DNA from: a virus | Reading direction: 5' to 3' (one strand) | Length of the DNA: 64,000 nt | IMG/VR virus record: IMGVR_UViG_3300048892_000198 | Span: 32,001-96,000 of that record | In this document: one piece after another, positions 1 to 9,163 of the stretch | Layout: every line of letters begins with the position of its first letter | How positions within the stretch are numbered: position 1 is the stretch's first letter | Position numbers and translations under genes: made by a program | The notes under the pieces: generated by a model | What the model was told of the DNA's origin: nothing | Database searches by the model: none | Seen by the model: the letters and a program-made list of their open reading frames with translations, nothing else

Positions 1-1545
1 CAGCAGCATGCCGTAGTTCAGCAGGTCGGAGAGATTTTTTCCTGTCTTCTGCGCAACGACGTAACCTGCGGCGCGATCGAGCGCGGCGTTCGTGAGCTGC
101 TGAGCGTTCGCTTTCAGGATGTCGTTGATCTTCTTTTCGGCGCCAACGGTCGCCGCAGTCTTCACGAGATCACCGACGACGGTCACGCTCAAGATCTGAA
201 GTGCCTTCACGGCGGCTTGCTCTTGCGCAAGAGCGCTCGCCATGGAGTTCAGCCAGTTCTGCCTGGTGGTCGAGTCGAGCAGATCGACGCCGGAGGGCAC
301 CGGGTAACTGCATTGATAATGCCGCTCGGCTTCGGGAAGCCAGATCGCGCCCCTCGCCAGAAACGCTTGCGCGTCGCGCTCGAGGCCCGTCGGCATCGTC
401 AGGCCCGACACGATCGGGTAGGGGCAGCCGAAGTCCACGGGGCAGCCGTATGAGTAGACGTTGCTCCTCGCCGTCACGTCTTTGCCCTGCGCGGCGTCGT
501 AGTACGTGGAGGCCTGCACCTGGTGCCCTACCACCTGCGCGCGGTTCGCTTGGGTCTCAGCGCCCGTGAAACGCCGCGTGGGCGCGTCCCACGCGTGCGA
601 GAACGGCTGCCCAATCGGCGCGTATGTCTCGACCCCAAACCACCGAAGGTTAAACTTCCACCCGATGTTGATCTCGGCGAGCTCCCACTGAAGCTCTGTC
701 GAGAGCAGTAGCTGATCGAAGGTCTGCCAGTAGCTCGCGCGCGCGGTCGAGCAGAGGGCATTGGCTTCTGCGACGGTCGACTTAGCCCACGAGCTCTGCG
801 CGTTGATGCGCGATTGGATTTCTTCTGCGCCCGATGGGCCTGCGCCGAAGATCTGCCCGATGGTGCCCCCGATGTCTTTGCCGATGAGCCCACCAATGAA
901 GGCTCCAATGGGCGCCGGGATCCCGAATGCCTGACACACGACAGCGCCCGCGATAGCGCCCGCGACGCCGCCAATGGCTTCGCACTCGGACGGACTCAGC
1001 TTCCCGTCCATGAGCGACTCGGCCGTCACCGTCAGGATCGACGAATCAAGCCCCGTCTCCATCACGAACGCCGTCGTCGCGAGGTTGACCGCGGCGGCCT
1101 TCAGATCTTTGACGTTCGTGGGCCAGTCGGTCGGGATCTGCACACCGAGATCGCTCGCGGCAACCTTCATGGCGTACTGCTCGAGTTCTTTCTGGTTGGT
1201 CGGCACGCCATTGTCGCGCGCGTAGGCGATGAGCGCCTTCTGCATCAGCGCTTCGACCTTCTTCGGATCCTTCAAGTCGCTCACCTTGAAGCCCGGGATC
1301 CCCTTGAAGTAGGCGGCGTATTTATTGTACTCGGCGATGACTGCGGCAGCGGGTGGGTAGTTCTCGAGCTGCTGCTTGGCGTAGGCGATGGCTTGCGCCT
1401 TGGCCTGATCGACGGCGGAGCTGACCGCGGCGTCGGCCTGCTTCTTGTAGTCCTGGGCGCTCGGCACTGTATCCGAGTTGCCCGGCAGATCGCTGTAGCC
1501 AAAGAGGCCGTGACGGCGACGGCGAGGCACTGCGGCGTAGGCCAT
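1..1545 (-). CDS. Large putative virion protein with glycine-zipper hydrophobic segment (runs off the left edge, >515 aa; not in ORF track)
   Basis: ATG at 1545 overlaps the TGA of the upstream gene. Frame is open to base 1: MAYAAVPRRRRHGLFGYSDLPG...GGVAGAIAGAVVCQAFGIPAPIGAFIGGLIG...LSDLLNYGMLL. Confidence 0.85.
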   Translation of the reverse strand, partial: MAYAAVPRRRRHGLFGYSDLPGNSDTVPSAQDYKKQADAAVSSAVDQAKAQAIAYAKQQLENYPPAAAVIAEYNKYAAYFKGIPGFKVSDLKDPKKVEALMQKALIAYARDNGVPTNQKELEQYAMKVAASDLGVQIPTDWPTNVKDLKAAAVNLATTAFVMETGLDSSILTVTAESLMDGKLSPSECEAIGGVAGAIAGAVVCQAFGIPAPIGAFIGGLIGKDIGGTIGQIFGAGPSGAEEIQSRINAQSSWAKSTVAEANALCSTARASYWQTFDQLLLSTELQWELAEINIGWKFNLRWFGVETYAPIGQPFSHAWDAPTRRFTGAETQANRAQVVGHQVQASTYYDAAQGKDVTARSNVYSYGCPVDFGCPYPIVSGLTMPTGLERDAQAFLARGAIWLPEAERHYQCSYPVPSGVDLLDSTTRQNWLNSMASALAQEQAAVKALQILSVTVVGDLVKTAATVGAEKKINDILKANAQQLTNAALDRAAGYVVAQKTGKNLSDLLNYGMLL

Positions 1546-2108
1546 CAGCCGACGATCCCGTCTTTTTCCACTCCCAGGATGTCGCCCGTGATGATCGCGC
1601 AGAGTTCGGTCTTCGTGTAGACGATGAGGAAGGTGTCTCCCGAGTCGGGATGCACGGCCGCTCCCACGTAAGCGCGCGCGATGTCGACCCCATAGTACTG
1701 ACCGCTCAGGACGAGCTCTTCATCGTCGTCGCACTCGGCGTACGGCTGGTACTGGAGCCCCAAGATCGGAGCCAAGACCGCGATCGCGGTCGGCATCCGC
1801 TTCGGAAGCTCGACCTCTTCGCACGGGAATGGCAAGTGCTTGCGCGTGCTGTAGTCGCGAAGGAAGCCGTCCTTGACGTAGAGCTTCTGCGGGCCTTCGG
1901 CGACGTGCTTATAGTCCTGGTAGTCGCCGCGCTTCTTCCACTTATCTGACGTGTATTGCACGGCTTCTGACTGCCCGACGCAGTAGAGCTTTTTCGGCCA
2001 CTTCCAATGGATCTTGGTCTCCTTCTCCACCTTGCGATCGACAAAGGCCTCCCGGATCCGCTTGGCGGATTCGTAGTCGGAAGCGTTGACGATCAGGCGG
2101 CGAGACAT
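1545..2108 (-). CDS. Hypothetical viral protein (soluble, 187 aa)
   Basis: Protein-like composition. N-terminus MSRRLIVNAS. Coupled to the downstream gene. Confidence 0.8.
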   Translation of the reverse strand: MSRRLIVNASDYESAKRIREAFVDRKVEKETKIHWKWPKKLYCVGQSEAVQYTSDKWKKRGDYQDYKHVAEGPQKLYVKDGFLRDYSTRKHLPFPCEEVELPKRMPTAIAVLAPILGLQYQPYAECDDDEELVLSGQYYGVDIARAYVGAAVHPDSGDTFLIVYTKTELCAIITGDILGVEKDGIVG

Positions 2109-2114
2109 GAGGAT

Positions 2115-2513
2115 TCAGCGGCGGCGGCGGACTCTTTTGGCGCGGTCTTCAGGGTAGTACGTCTCGATGAAATCCACGAAGTCGCTCTTGGCCCGGCCAA
2201 CCATCTCGATGATCTTTTCGAGCTTGCCGAAGGTCGCCAGCCCCTTCTTATCTTCGACCGCGAGCCAGCCACCCGATCGACCGGCACGACCCACGCGACC
2301 GATCCAAGAGTACCGACGGCGGAGCTCTTGAGCCAGCACATCGAGCGCTTGGTCGGACTCGGCCGTAAACTCTTCGTCCGTCATGCTCACGCTGACCGGA
2401 GGGATCTTGATATCGAACTCGTACTCCGCGCCCTCGTCACCGATCTTCCACTTCTCATCCCAGCGACAGGACGACTCGAGCGAATGCGCAGGACCTAGTT
2501 CTCCTGGCATCAC
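2115..2513 (-). CDS. Hypothetical protein with Arg-rich C-terminus
   Basis: Lies in operon with GTGA overlap; ends KRVRRRR. Confidence 0.7.
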   Translation of the reverse strand: MMPGELGPAHSLESSCRWDEKWKIGDEGAEYEFDIKIPPVSVSMTDEEFTAESDQALDVLAQELRRRYSWIGRVGRAGRSGGWLAVEDKKGLATFGKLEKIIEMVGRAKSDFVDFIETYYPEDRAKRVRRRR

Positions 2514-2839
2514 TTCCTGCCTTTCCCAAGCAGAAACCCTAAGCCCACCCCAGCGAGCACCGCGCCTACAAACTTCCAGCCTGAGGTCGTAAAATCGAGC
2601 CCGAGACCCTTGAGGCCGGATTTGTTCATGGGGGCGACCATGCCGCGCGCGAGGGGACCCGAGCCAACGAGGCGCGCGTCGCTCGGAACACTGCGCCCGA
2701 TATCGGTCGAGGCGACGCCGAGCGGACTCGTCTTCGGCAGATTCGGGACGGGCAGATCATCTCCGAGCCCGTAGCGCGTGCTCGGGCTATCGAAATAATC
2801 ATACCCGCCCGTATCCGGGCGCCATCGCGAAAAGATCAT
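2510..2839 (-). CDS. C-terminally anchored membrane protein with GLG motifs
   Basis: RYGLGDD and LKGLGLD motifs; C-terminal TM (FVGAVLAGVGLGFLLG) followed by KGRK. Confidence 0.8.
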   Translation of the reverse strand: MIFSRWRPDTGGYDYFDSPSTRYGLGDDLPVPNLPKTSPLGVASTDIGRSVPSDARLVGSGPLARGMVAPMNKSGLKGLGLDFTTSGWKFVGAVLAGVGLGFLLGKGRK

Positions 2840-2854
2840 GCTGACCTTTGCCGC

Positions 2855-3373
2855 TTACTCGCCTTCCGGCGTCTCGTAGTACGTCACGAACACCCCAGTC
2901 GCGTCCGAAGTCTCGGTGCTGCGCACGAGCACGCTCGTCTCCGTATTGACGACTGCCCAGAGGCCTCCGATAGCGCTCGTCGGCTCTTCGGTGTAATTGA
3001 CGTGAAACCACCCTCCGGGGTTTACGTCGAAGCCTGGGATGACGACCGACGCTGGACCGCCTTCGACGCCGGGGGCGAGCGTGCCGATGCCCATCTGCAC
3101 GAGCGCCACAAAGCGCCCCGCCGCGGCTGACGAGCCAATGCCGTTGACTACATTGTCCATCCCGCTCGTGTCTTCGACGATGGAGATCGCCTGATTTTTC
3201 TTCAGGCGGTACATTCGATTAGAGTTCCGGACGAAGACGAGCGTCGCGTCCGGAAACATGTTGACGTTGAGACCGCGGAGCGATTGGCCGTCCGAGCCAT
3301 TGCCCAGCGCCCCCACCTTGTCGACGATCGTGATCCGATCGCCGACTCCAATGTTTCTCGGTGCACTATTCAT
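2855..3373 (-). CDS. Putative spike/fibre adaptor-domain protein (paralog of 3408..3878)
   Basis: Shares RITIV...SL.G.NVN.FP....FV.....Y.L.KN...NVV.G.GSSA.AGRFVAL with its neighbour. Confidence 0.8.
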   Translation of the reverse strand: MNSAPRNIGVGDRITIVDKVGALGNGSDGQSLRGLNVNMFPDATLVFVRNSNRMYRLKKNQAISIVEDTSGMDNVVNGIGSSAAAGRFVALVQMGIGTLAPGVEGGPASVVIPGFDVNPGGWFHVNYTEEPTSAIGGLWAVVNTETSVLVRSTETSDATGVFVTYYETPEGE

Positions 3374-3407
3374 GATCGAATCTCCTCAGATCTAGCGGAC
3401 ACCTGAA

Positions 3408-3878
3408 TTAGCCGACGTAGACGACCGAGTAGGTGCCCGTGTCGGCGCCGTTGGAGCTCGTGAGGCTCACGGTGTTGGGCGCCGTGATCGTGGCGTGCAC
3501 GAAGCCCGGCGTTCCGCCCGGAGTCACGAGCGTGATGATGAAGAAGCCGTTCACGCGGCTCACGTCGAAACCGGTGATACCGGTGGCGCTGCCCGCCGTG
3601 AGCACCGCCGAGCGGAGCTGCATGAGCGCGACGAAGCGGCCGGCTTCGGCAGACGATCCGACGCCGTCGACCACGTTGTTGGCCGGCGTCGCCACGACAG
3701 CGGCGTTCACGTTTTTGCGCAGGGCGTAGAAGCGACTCGAGCTCTCCACGAAGAAGAGCGCGCCCTCGGGGAAGTTGTTGACGTTTTGGCCGGCGAGCGA
3801 GTCGCCGTCCGCGGGGGTGCCGACGGAGCTGACGATCGTGATGCGCTTGGATACCGGGGTCAGAGCTAGGTCAGTCAT
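3408..3878 (-). CDS. Putative spike/fibre adaptor-domain protein (paralog of 2855..3373)
   Basis: Same N-terminal domain as 2855..3373; beta-rich C-terminus. Confidence 0.8.
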   Translation of the reverse strand: MTDLALTPVSKRITIVSSVGTPADGDSLAGQNVNNFPEGALFFVESSSRFYALRKNVNAAVVATPANNVVDGVGSSAEAGRFVALMQLRSAVLTAGSATGITGFDVSRVNGFFIITLVTPGGTPGFVHATITAPNTVSLTSSNGADTGTYSVVYVG

Positions 3879-3939
3879 GATGGTGTCTCTCTTGTCTTTG
3901 GTTGGTTGGTTAGTGGTGATCGAAGTGTAGACCGGAAGC

Positions 3940-4143
3940 CTAGCGACTGGCGCGAATTTCCTTGTGCAGCCTCACCGCGGGCAGGGCGCCGAGCAGCACA
4001 ACCGCACTCACCAATCCGCCTATCACGAACGCCGTCAGATAACCCGAGGCGCATGATTGACAAATCGTACATCCGCTTGCGTCGGTATCACCCATCGGAA
4101 TGGGCGAGGCGGCGGTGTGCATGAGGGGCATCGAGACGTACAT
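3940..4143 (-). CDS. Small membrane protein
   Basis: PMGDT motif, CxxCxxC, one TM segment, basic tail. Confidence 0.65.
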   Translation of the reverse strand: MYVSMPLMHTAASPIPMGDTDASGCTICQSCASGYLTAFVIGGLVSAVVLLGALPAVRLHKEIRASR

Positions 4144-4148
4144 GGCGG

Positions 4149-4346
4149 TTATTTCCAGGTAAAAATCAAAGTGACGACGCCAGCGCCGAGCGCGGCTCCC
4201 AGTAGCAACATCACCAGAGGGCTCGACGTATCGACGGGGGCGGAGTTCGTGCTCGGCGTCGATACCGTCACCGTGAACGGATCGCTGCCCATGCCATGAA
4301 GCGCGGGTTGCGGGTGACGCGGTGTGTAGCGATGCGGCATGTTCAT
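4149..4346 (-). CDS. Small C-terminally anchored membrane protein
   Basis: LHGMGSD motif; C-terminal TM. Confidence 0.7.
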   Translation of the reverse strand: MNMPHRYTPRHPQPALHGMGSDPFTVTVSTPSTNSAPVDTSSPLVMLLLGAALGAGVVTLIFTWK

Positions 4347-4807
4347 CTCGTGGGACGGAAGACTCCGAGGGTGTCAGCTGTTTTCAACACGAGCACTCCG
4401 GCAATAGCGACGGCGCTCCAGAACGCGATCTTGGTCACCGTGTCCGCCGCGCTCTGCAGGATCTGAGTGCTCGATTCGACCTGCGGCTTCTGCACGGTGT
4501 CGTTGCTCGATTTGACGCTCGAGTCGGCGACCGTCGGATACCCAAACGTCACAGCGTCCCAAGGAGCGGGTGACTTAACGCTGAAGATATAGAAGTCGCG
4601 AGCAGGGAAATCAGTCGTCGCCTCGAAACTCTCGGTGTCCTCTACTTGCAGTGAGGCGGCGTTCGTTTTCAGCCACGTCGACATCTTGTCGCGGTTGTCC
4701 CCAAACACGTCGAGCCAGTACCGCCCAGCGGGCAGGGGGTTCGTGCGCATGAGCACACCGAGGGCGGCAATGCTCATGGGGTTATGGACCGAGTGGTACG
4801 ACATCAC
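4343..4807 (-). CDS. Membrane-anchored protein (paralog of 4804..5253)
   Basis: NPLPAGRYWLDVFGDNR...SPAPWDAVTFGYP; C-terminal TM. Confidence 0.8.
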   Translation of the reverse strand: MMSYHSVHNPMSIAALGVLMRTNPLPAGRYWLDVFGDNRDKMSTWLKTNAASLQVEDTESFEATTDFPARDFYIFSVKSPAPWDAVTFGYPTVADSSVKSSNDTVQKPQVESSTQILQSAADTVTKIAFWSAVAIAGVLVLKTADTLGVFRPTR

Positions 4808-5253
4808 GCAGCTCGACGTTTATGCAGCACTGCAACCGTAATCGTGAGACCGATGACAGCGAGCGCACCGATGACCAACGCGGTCATGTTGCTCGAGATT
4901 GGGGCCTTTGGGGCTGAGGCGGAAGCAGGTAACGGCGCAGGCGATGCCGACGGGGATCCCGGAGCCGCGGCAGTGGGCGGCGGCTCGACGGTGATCTCTG
5001 GGTATCCAAACGTGACTGCGTCCCAAGGGACGGGGCTCGTCACCTTGAAGGTGTATTCATCGTAGGTATTCGGGTCCGAGTCATCGGTGCCAGTCGTCTG
5101 AGTGCTGAGCACCTGCACCGCGCCATGATTGGACTGAGCCCATGACGCCATCTTCGAGCGGTTGGCCCCAAACACGTCCACCCAGTACGTGCCGGGAGGA
5201 AGGGGGTTCGAGCGCTGCTCGGACCCTAAGGGTAGGGGGATCCGGTGATACAC
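4804..5253 (-). CDS. Membrane-anchored protein (paralog of 4343..4807)
   Basis: NPLPPGTYWVDVFGANR...SPVPWDAVTFGYP; Pro/Ala linker, TM, HKRR tail. Confidence 0.8.
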   Translation of the reverse strand: MYHRIPLPLGSEQRSNPLPPGTYWVDVFGANRSKMASWAQSNHGAVQVLSTQTTGTDDSDPNTYDEYTFKVTSPVPWDAVTFGYPEITVEPPPTAAAPGSPSASPAPLPASASAPKAPISSNMTALVIGALAVIGLTITVAVLHKRRAA

Positions 5254-5721
5254 TTACGCTCCCGCGCCGCGCGTCTTCTTCCAACGCTTGTAGCTGTAAT
5301 AGCTCGTCGCCAGCGCCGCGACCGCGACGGCGCCGTACACGTACGGATGCACCTGATTGAAGGGGAGCGTCACGTCCGAGCGGAGTGAGCTCACCGGATC
5401 GCCCGCCAGGAGGAAGCGCTTGACGGCGCCCGATGCGTTTTGGGAAACGCTCGCGAGCTCGGAGCTACTGACCGCGCCGAGGCCCTTGACCTGCACGTAG
5501 GAGTTTTGCGTGGGCGAATTCATGCGGTCCGTGCCTTGAAGGGAATTGTCCTGGAAGTACCCAAACTCATCGTAGGGCGCTCGAAAGTGCGCGATGCCGA
5601 CGTAGGATCGCCCAACGGGCCAGCCGTTCCGGTCTTTGGCGACCGCACCGAGCCCTTGGAGCACGGCGTTATCAAATGGCGCATAGGCGTGCGAGCGATC
5701 CACGTACAGGCGGCGAGTCAT
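5254..5721 (-). CDS. C-terminally anchored membrane protein with two GLG motifs
   Basis: Start moved to MTRRLYV (5721, coupled). LQGLGAV and VKGLGAV motifs; TM followed by KRWKK. Confidence 0.8.
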   Translation of the reverse strand: MTRRLYVDRSHAYAPFDNAVLQGLGAVAKDRNGWPVGRSYVGIAHFRAPYDEFGYFQDNSLQGTDRMNSPTQNSYVQVKGLGAVSSSELASVSQNASGAVKRFLLAGDPVSSLRSDVTLPFNQVHPYVYGAVAVAALATSYYSYKRWKKTRGAGA

Positions 5722-6776
5722 TAGACCATGCCCTTCTTCTTGGCGTAGTAGTACGCGCCGCCGGCAGCGATGACAGCCAGGCCACCCATCATGAGCGCGG
5801 CGGTCGACACCGGGTGCTTGCCGGGCGGAGTCGGCGCGGGCGGCGCGCCCGGGGGCGGCTTGGATCCGGGAGCGGCGACGGCCTTCTTCGTCGGCAGGAT
5901 GTATGCCTGGCAGTTCTGGCCACCGTTCATGGTGAGGAGATCGTTGCCGGTGTTGTCGCCGATCCATTTCATCGCGCCACAGGTCTTCGCGTCGAGCACG
6001 CCCGTGACCGGGATGGGGTTCATGCTGTTGCTCGAGAGGATCGCGTTGATCTGATTCTGGAGCGCGGGCATGTCCGAGTCGGCGACGCCCCATTGATGCA
6101 CGATGGCGGGAGCGAGCTGCTGGCCCTGCACGACGTTGGCTTGAGGCGCCACGTAGGTCTTGAGCGGAGCGGACGCGCCGACGAGAGTGGGGTTCGTGCC
6201 CTGGCCGGTGCCGCAGTAGGCGTAGAGGTTGTAGTCCGTCCACACCGTCGATTGGCGGGGGTTCGTGCTGTAGAGGTAGAAGGCGGCGCCGCAGGTGGCG
6301 GGGCCGAGTTTGCCGTCAGCCGCGATCGTCTTGTAGCCGTTCCGGGAGAGATCGGCGTTGAGCGCGGCTTGCGCCTGCTTGACCGTTGCCGAGGCGAGCG
6401 TACCGGTTTGCTGCGCGATGGCGGCGTACTGCGCGCAGTTTTTCGGCACGCAGACCGCGGCGTCGTTGGCTGCCGAGTAGGCGTTGGTGCAGTCGTCGAC
6501 CGACATGCCGTACTGAGCGGCGTTGGTTTGGCAGTCCTGAGCAGCAGCGGCAAACTGCTGCGCATGGCAGTCCTGAAACGCCTGAATGCCCCAGCACTGC
6601 CAGGGGATCTCTCCGGGGGCCGCGGACGATCCGAGGCCCGCGACGGCGCCGTTCGTGAAGTACTCGCCGGCGGAGTTACTTTGCCGAGATCCGCGCGTGA
6701 TGGGCGTGTAGCGCGGCAGCACGCTGCCGGAGAGGGGTCGCGCTTGCGCGCTACGTGGGTTGAAGATGCCGCTCAT
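5721..6776 (-). CDS. Membrane-anchored protein with two peptidoglycan-binding (PG_binding_1-like) domains
   Basis: VKQAQAALN...GY..IAADGKLGPATC and LQNQIN...VTGVLDAKTC; VAGLGSS motif; TM followed by KKK. Start moved to MSGIFNP. Confidence 0.8.
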   Translation of the reverse strand: MSGIFNPRSAQARPLSGSVLPRYTPITRGSRQSNSAGEYFTNGAVAGLGSSAAPGEIPWQCWGIQAFQDCHAQQFAAAAQDCQTNAAQYGMSVDDCTNAYSAANDAAVCVPKNCAQYAAIAQQTGTLASATVKQAQAALNADLSRNGYKTIAADGKLGPATCGAAFYLYSTNPRQSTVWTDYNLYAYCGTGQGTNPTLVGASAPLKTYVAPQANVVQGQQLAPAIVHQWGVADSDMPALQNQINAILSSNSMNPIPVTGVLDAKTCGAMKWIGDNTGNDLLTMNGGQNCQAYILPTKKAVAAPGSKPPPGAPPAPTPPGKHPVSTAALMMGGLAVIAAGGAYYYAKKKGMV

Positions 6777-6778
6777 GA

Positions 6779-7510
6779 TTAGCCTCGACGTTTCTTGATG
6801 AAGTAGACGATGCCCACCGCGAGGAGCCCGCCGCCCACGAAGCCCATCACCTTTTTGGTGTTCGAGCTCATGAGCGGGAGGGAAGAGTTGACCGATGCTT
6901 GCGCCGGCTTGATGGAGGTGACGGTGCTGCCGCCGCCCCCACCGCAGCCCGCGCTCGCGAGCGTCGGCGTTGCATAGTCCTGGCACGTGCTCGGGTTACT
7001 GTAGATGGCCCCCGAGGTGTCATCGATCGTGAGCCGATTGCGCGCGCCGCAGGTCGCCGGTCCGAGCTTTCCATCGACTGCCACCGGGCAATAGCCGGCA
7101 GCCTTGAGCGCGACGTTGGTGGCGGTTTGCAATGCCGCGGTCTTCGCGCTGTACGCGCGCCACGGGTAGTCAGCGGCGTCGCTCGTCGCGTCTCCGAGCG
7201 TGCGCGCCTTGCCGAGCGAGGGCGCGCCGGCGAGATTGCCGTCGAAGACGCCGCCGCCGTAGCCGCCGGGGCGAAAGATCCCTTCGCCCACGTTGAATTC
7301 TTGGGATCCGAGTCCTGAGTATCCGCCTGGGGGCTTGTCGGGGATCATGTCGATGTCTCTCGGTGGAAGAAAAACGGTCGTGGGCTGCTGGATCTGCGGA
7401 AACTTAAACGCCGGCCGCGACCAGATCCCGCCGTGGAAGCGCGTGGGGTAGGGCGGCACGTGCATCGTGTACGGCGTCGGCACGCCTGCGGGATAGCCGG
7501 GGCCTTTCAC
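6779..7510 (-). CDS. Membrane-anchored protein with one PG-binding-like domain
   Basis: ALQTATNVALKAAGYCPVAVDGKLGPATC; YSGLGSQ motif; TM followed by KKRR. GTG start coupled to the upstream stop. Confidence 0.8.
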   Translation of the reverse strand: MKGPGYPAGVPTPYTMHVPPYPTRFHGGIWSRPAFKFPQIQQPTTVFLPPRDIDMIPDKPPGGYSGLGSQEFNVGEGIFRPGGYGGGVFDGNLAGAPSLGKARTLGDATSDAADYPWRAYSAKTAALQTATNVALKAAGYCPVAVDGKLGPATCGARNRLTIDDTSGAIYSNPSTCQDYATPTLASAGCGGGGGSTVTSIKPAQASVNSSLPLMSSNTKKVMGFVGGGLLAVGIVYFIKKRRG

Positions 7511-8055
7511 TTGTGCTCCAGCGCGATGATGGCCTCGATGCCGAGACCGATGGGTCCCCCGAGGAGCGCCGCGGCGACGCCCCACCAGGCGTATTTCGAC
7601 TCGCGATCGCGGCTCGGCGCGACGGCCTTGCCGACGTAGTAGCCGCCGACGCCCGAGAGTACGATGCCGACTGCCGCAGCGGCGATGACGACCGCGCTCG
7701 CTGCAGCGACGGGTGCCGCCGCGCCGGGCACGGTTGGAGTGGTCGCATCACCGAGACCACTCACGGCCCGCACGGCGCGCACGAGGGGCGAGCCATTGAG
7801 CACGCGACCGAGCACACCAGAGCTGGTGGCTGACGGCGTCGGCATCTCGTACAGGCGCGAGTACGAGCCGATGCCGTCGGGGCTGCCGCGCATCCCGAGC
7901 GGCGCCATCGGATAGGCCGCGGGGTTGTACTGGGCATTGCCGTAGCCAGCGTTGGCTTGCACGACATCGTTGTGCCGCACCGGGAGCTGTTGCCCTGAGC
8001 TCACGACGCCGGGGGTCGTCAGCACTTCGTCTTCGTCGTCTTGATAGTCAAACAT
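7507..8055 (-). CDS. Membrane protein with two C-terminal TM segments and GLG motif
   Basis: Start MFDYQDD; VSGLGDA motif; two hydrophobic helices. Confidence 0.8.
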   Translation of the reverse strand: MFDYQDDEDEVLTTPGVVSSGQQLPVRHNDVVQANAGYGNAQYNPAAYPMAPLGMRGSPDGIGSYSRLYEMPTPSATSSGVLGRVLNGSPLVRAVRAVSGLGDATTPTVPGAAAPVAAASAVVIAAAAVGIVLSGVGGYYVGKAVAPSRDRESKYAWWGVAAALLGGPIGLGIEAIIALEHK

Positions 8056-8756
8056 CACTTCTTCTTTCGAAAGAGCGCGTAGAGAGCGCCCGCGGCGGCG
8101 CCCACGAGCAGCACCTTGACGACGGTGGATGACGAATCGGCAGCAGGAGCCGGCGCGGGGAGCGAGGCGTCGCCGTAGCCCTGCACGCCGTAGCCTGAGT
8201 CCCGGATGCTCTGCGGATCTTGCATCCAATTGGCGATGTTGACGCCGGGCATGGGAGCAGCCTCTTGCCAGCGCACGACGTTTCTTGGCGTGCTGTAGCG
8301 GCCCTGCTCGATGAATGCGATCTGCGCCGCCGAATCGAGGCTGACGGCGCCCGAGGGCACCGCCACCACGCGGCGTCCGGTTGTCGCATCGACCACCTCG
8401 GTCTTACTGAAGGGCACCTCGCGCGCGTGGTAACCGGGGAGCGAATAGCGCGCAGCAAACACGCCCGCGTCCGGGTGCACGTTGGGGTGCGTGCCCGGGG
8501 GATCGAAGACACCGTTCGATTGGATGTCGTCCATCTCGGCCAGGAGCTCGAGTTCGTTAGAGGCCCAGCCGGGGTTGGCCGATTCGTCGGAGACTTCGGT
8601 GTCGGTGCCGGCGAGCCTTCGGCCGTAGCGCCGGTCGAAGGGCGCGGCGTAGCCCGGGGCGAGATTGCTCGTATAGCGGAGATCGGAGGGACCGACCGCA
8701 ACCATCGACGGCAGATCGCCCGTGTAGGGCTGGGACGGGTACATGGGGTAGCGCAT
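8055..8756 (-). CDS. C-terminally anchored membrane protein
   Basis: VQGYGDA motif; TM followed by RKKK. Confidence 0.8.
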   Translation of the reverse strand: MRYPMYPSQPYTGDLPSMVAVGPSDLRYTSNLAPGYAAPFDRRYGRRLAGTDTEVSDESANPGWASNELELLAEMDDIQSNGVFDPPGTHPNVHPDAGVFAARYSLPGYHAREVPFSKTEVVDATTGRRVVAVPSGAVSLDSAAQIAFIEQGRYSTPRNVVRWQEAAPMPGVNIANWMQDPQSIRDSGYGVQGYGDASLPAPAPAADSSSTVVKVLLVGAAAGALYALFRKKK

Positions 8757-8777
8757 GGTGATCTTGTTTCTTTCCGC

Positions 8778-9158
8778 TCAACCGGTGGCGACCTTGAAGA
8801 CGACGATGGCGGCGATGGTGACGCCCAGGTAAAGGCCCCAGCGAGTCTTCACCGATTGGGAGACGGCCGCTGGGGCGAAGGGGGAAGCGCAGTGGGTCTG
8901 GGTGATGACGCCCCAGGCGCCTTTCTGCGCGCCCTGCGTGGCGCGCTTGGGGATGGTCTCGACGACGCGCGTCTGACCATCGGGGCACGGGAAGGGCGCG
9001 GCGCACGGGAGCACCTGCGCTTCTGCGCACTCGGGCGAATCGATATCGACCTGGTTACACGCCAGCTGCGCGGCTTTCCAGGAAGCGAAATCGGTGCACG
9101 TCGAGGCGACGGGATTGTCTCCCATGCCGCGCTGCTGGATGGTGGCAGAATAACTCAT
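8778..9158 (-). CDS. Cys-rich C-terminally anchored membrane protein
   Basis: Start moved to MSYSATIQQRGMGDN; CTDFASWKAAQLACN; C-terminal TM. Confidence 0.75.
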   Translation of the reverse strand: MSYSATIQQRGMGDNPVASTCTDFASWKAAQLACNQVDIDSPECAEAQVLPCAAPFPCPDGQTRVVETIPKRATQGAQKGAWGVITQTHCASPFAPAAVSQSVKTRWGLYLGVTIAAIVVFKVATG

Positions 9159-9163
9159 CTGGG

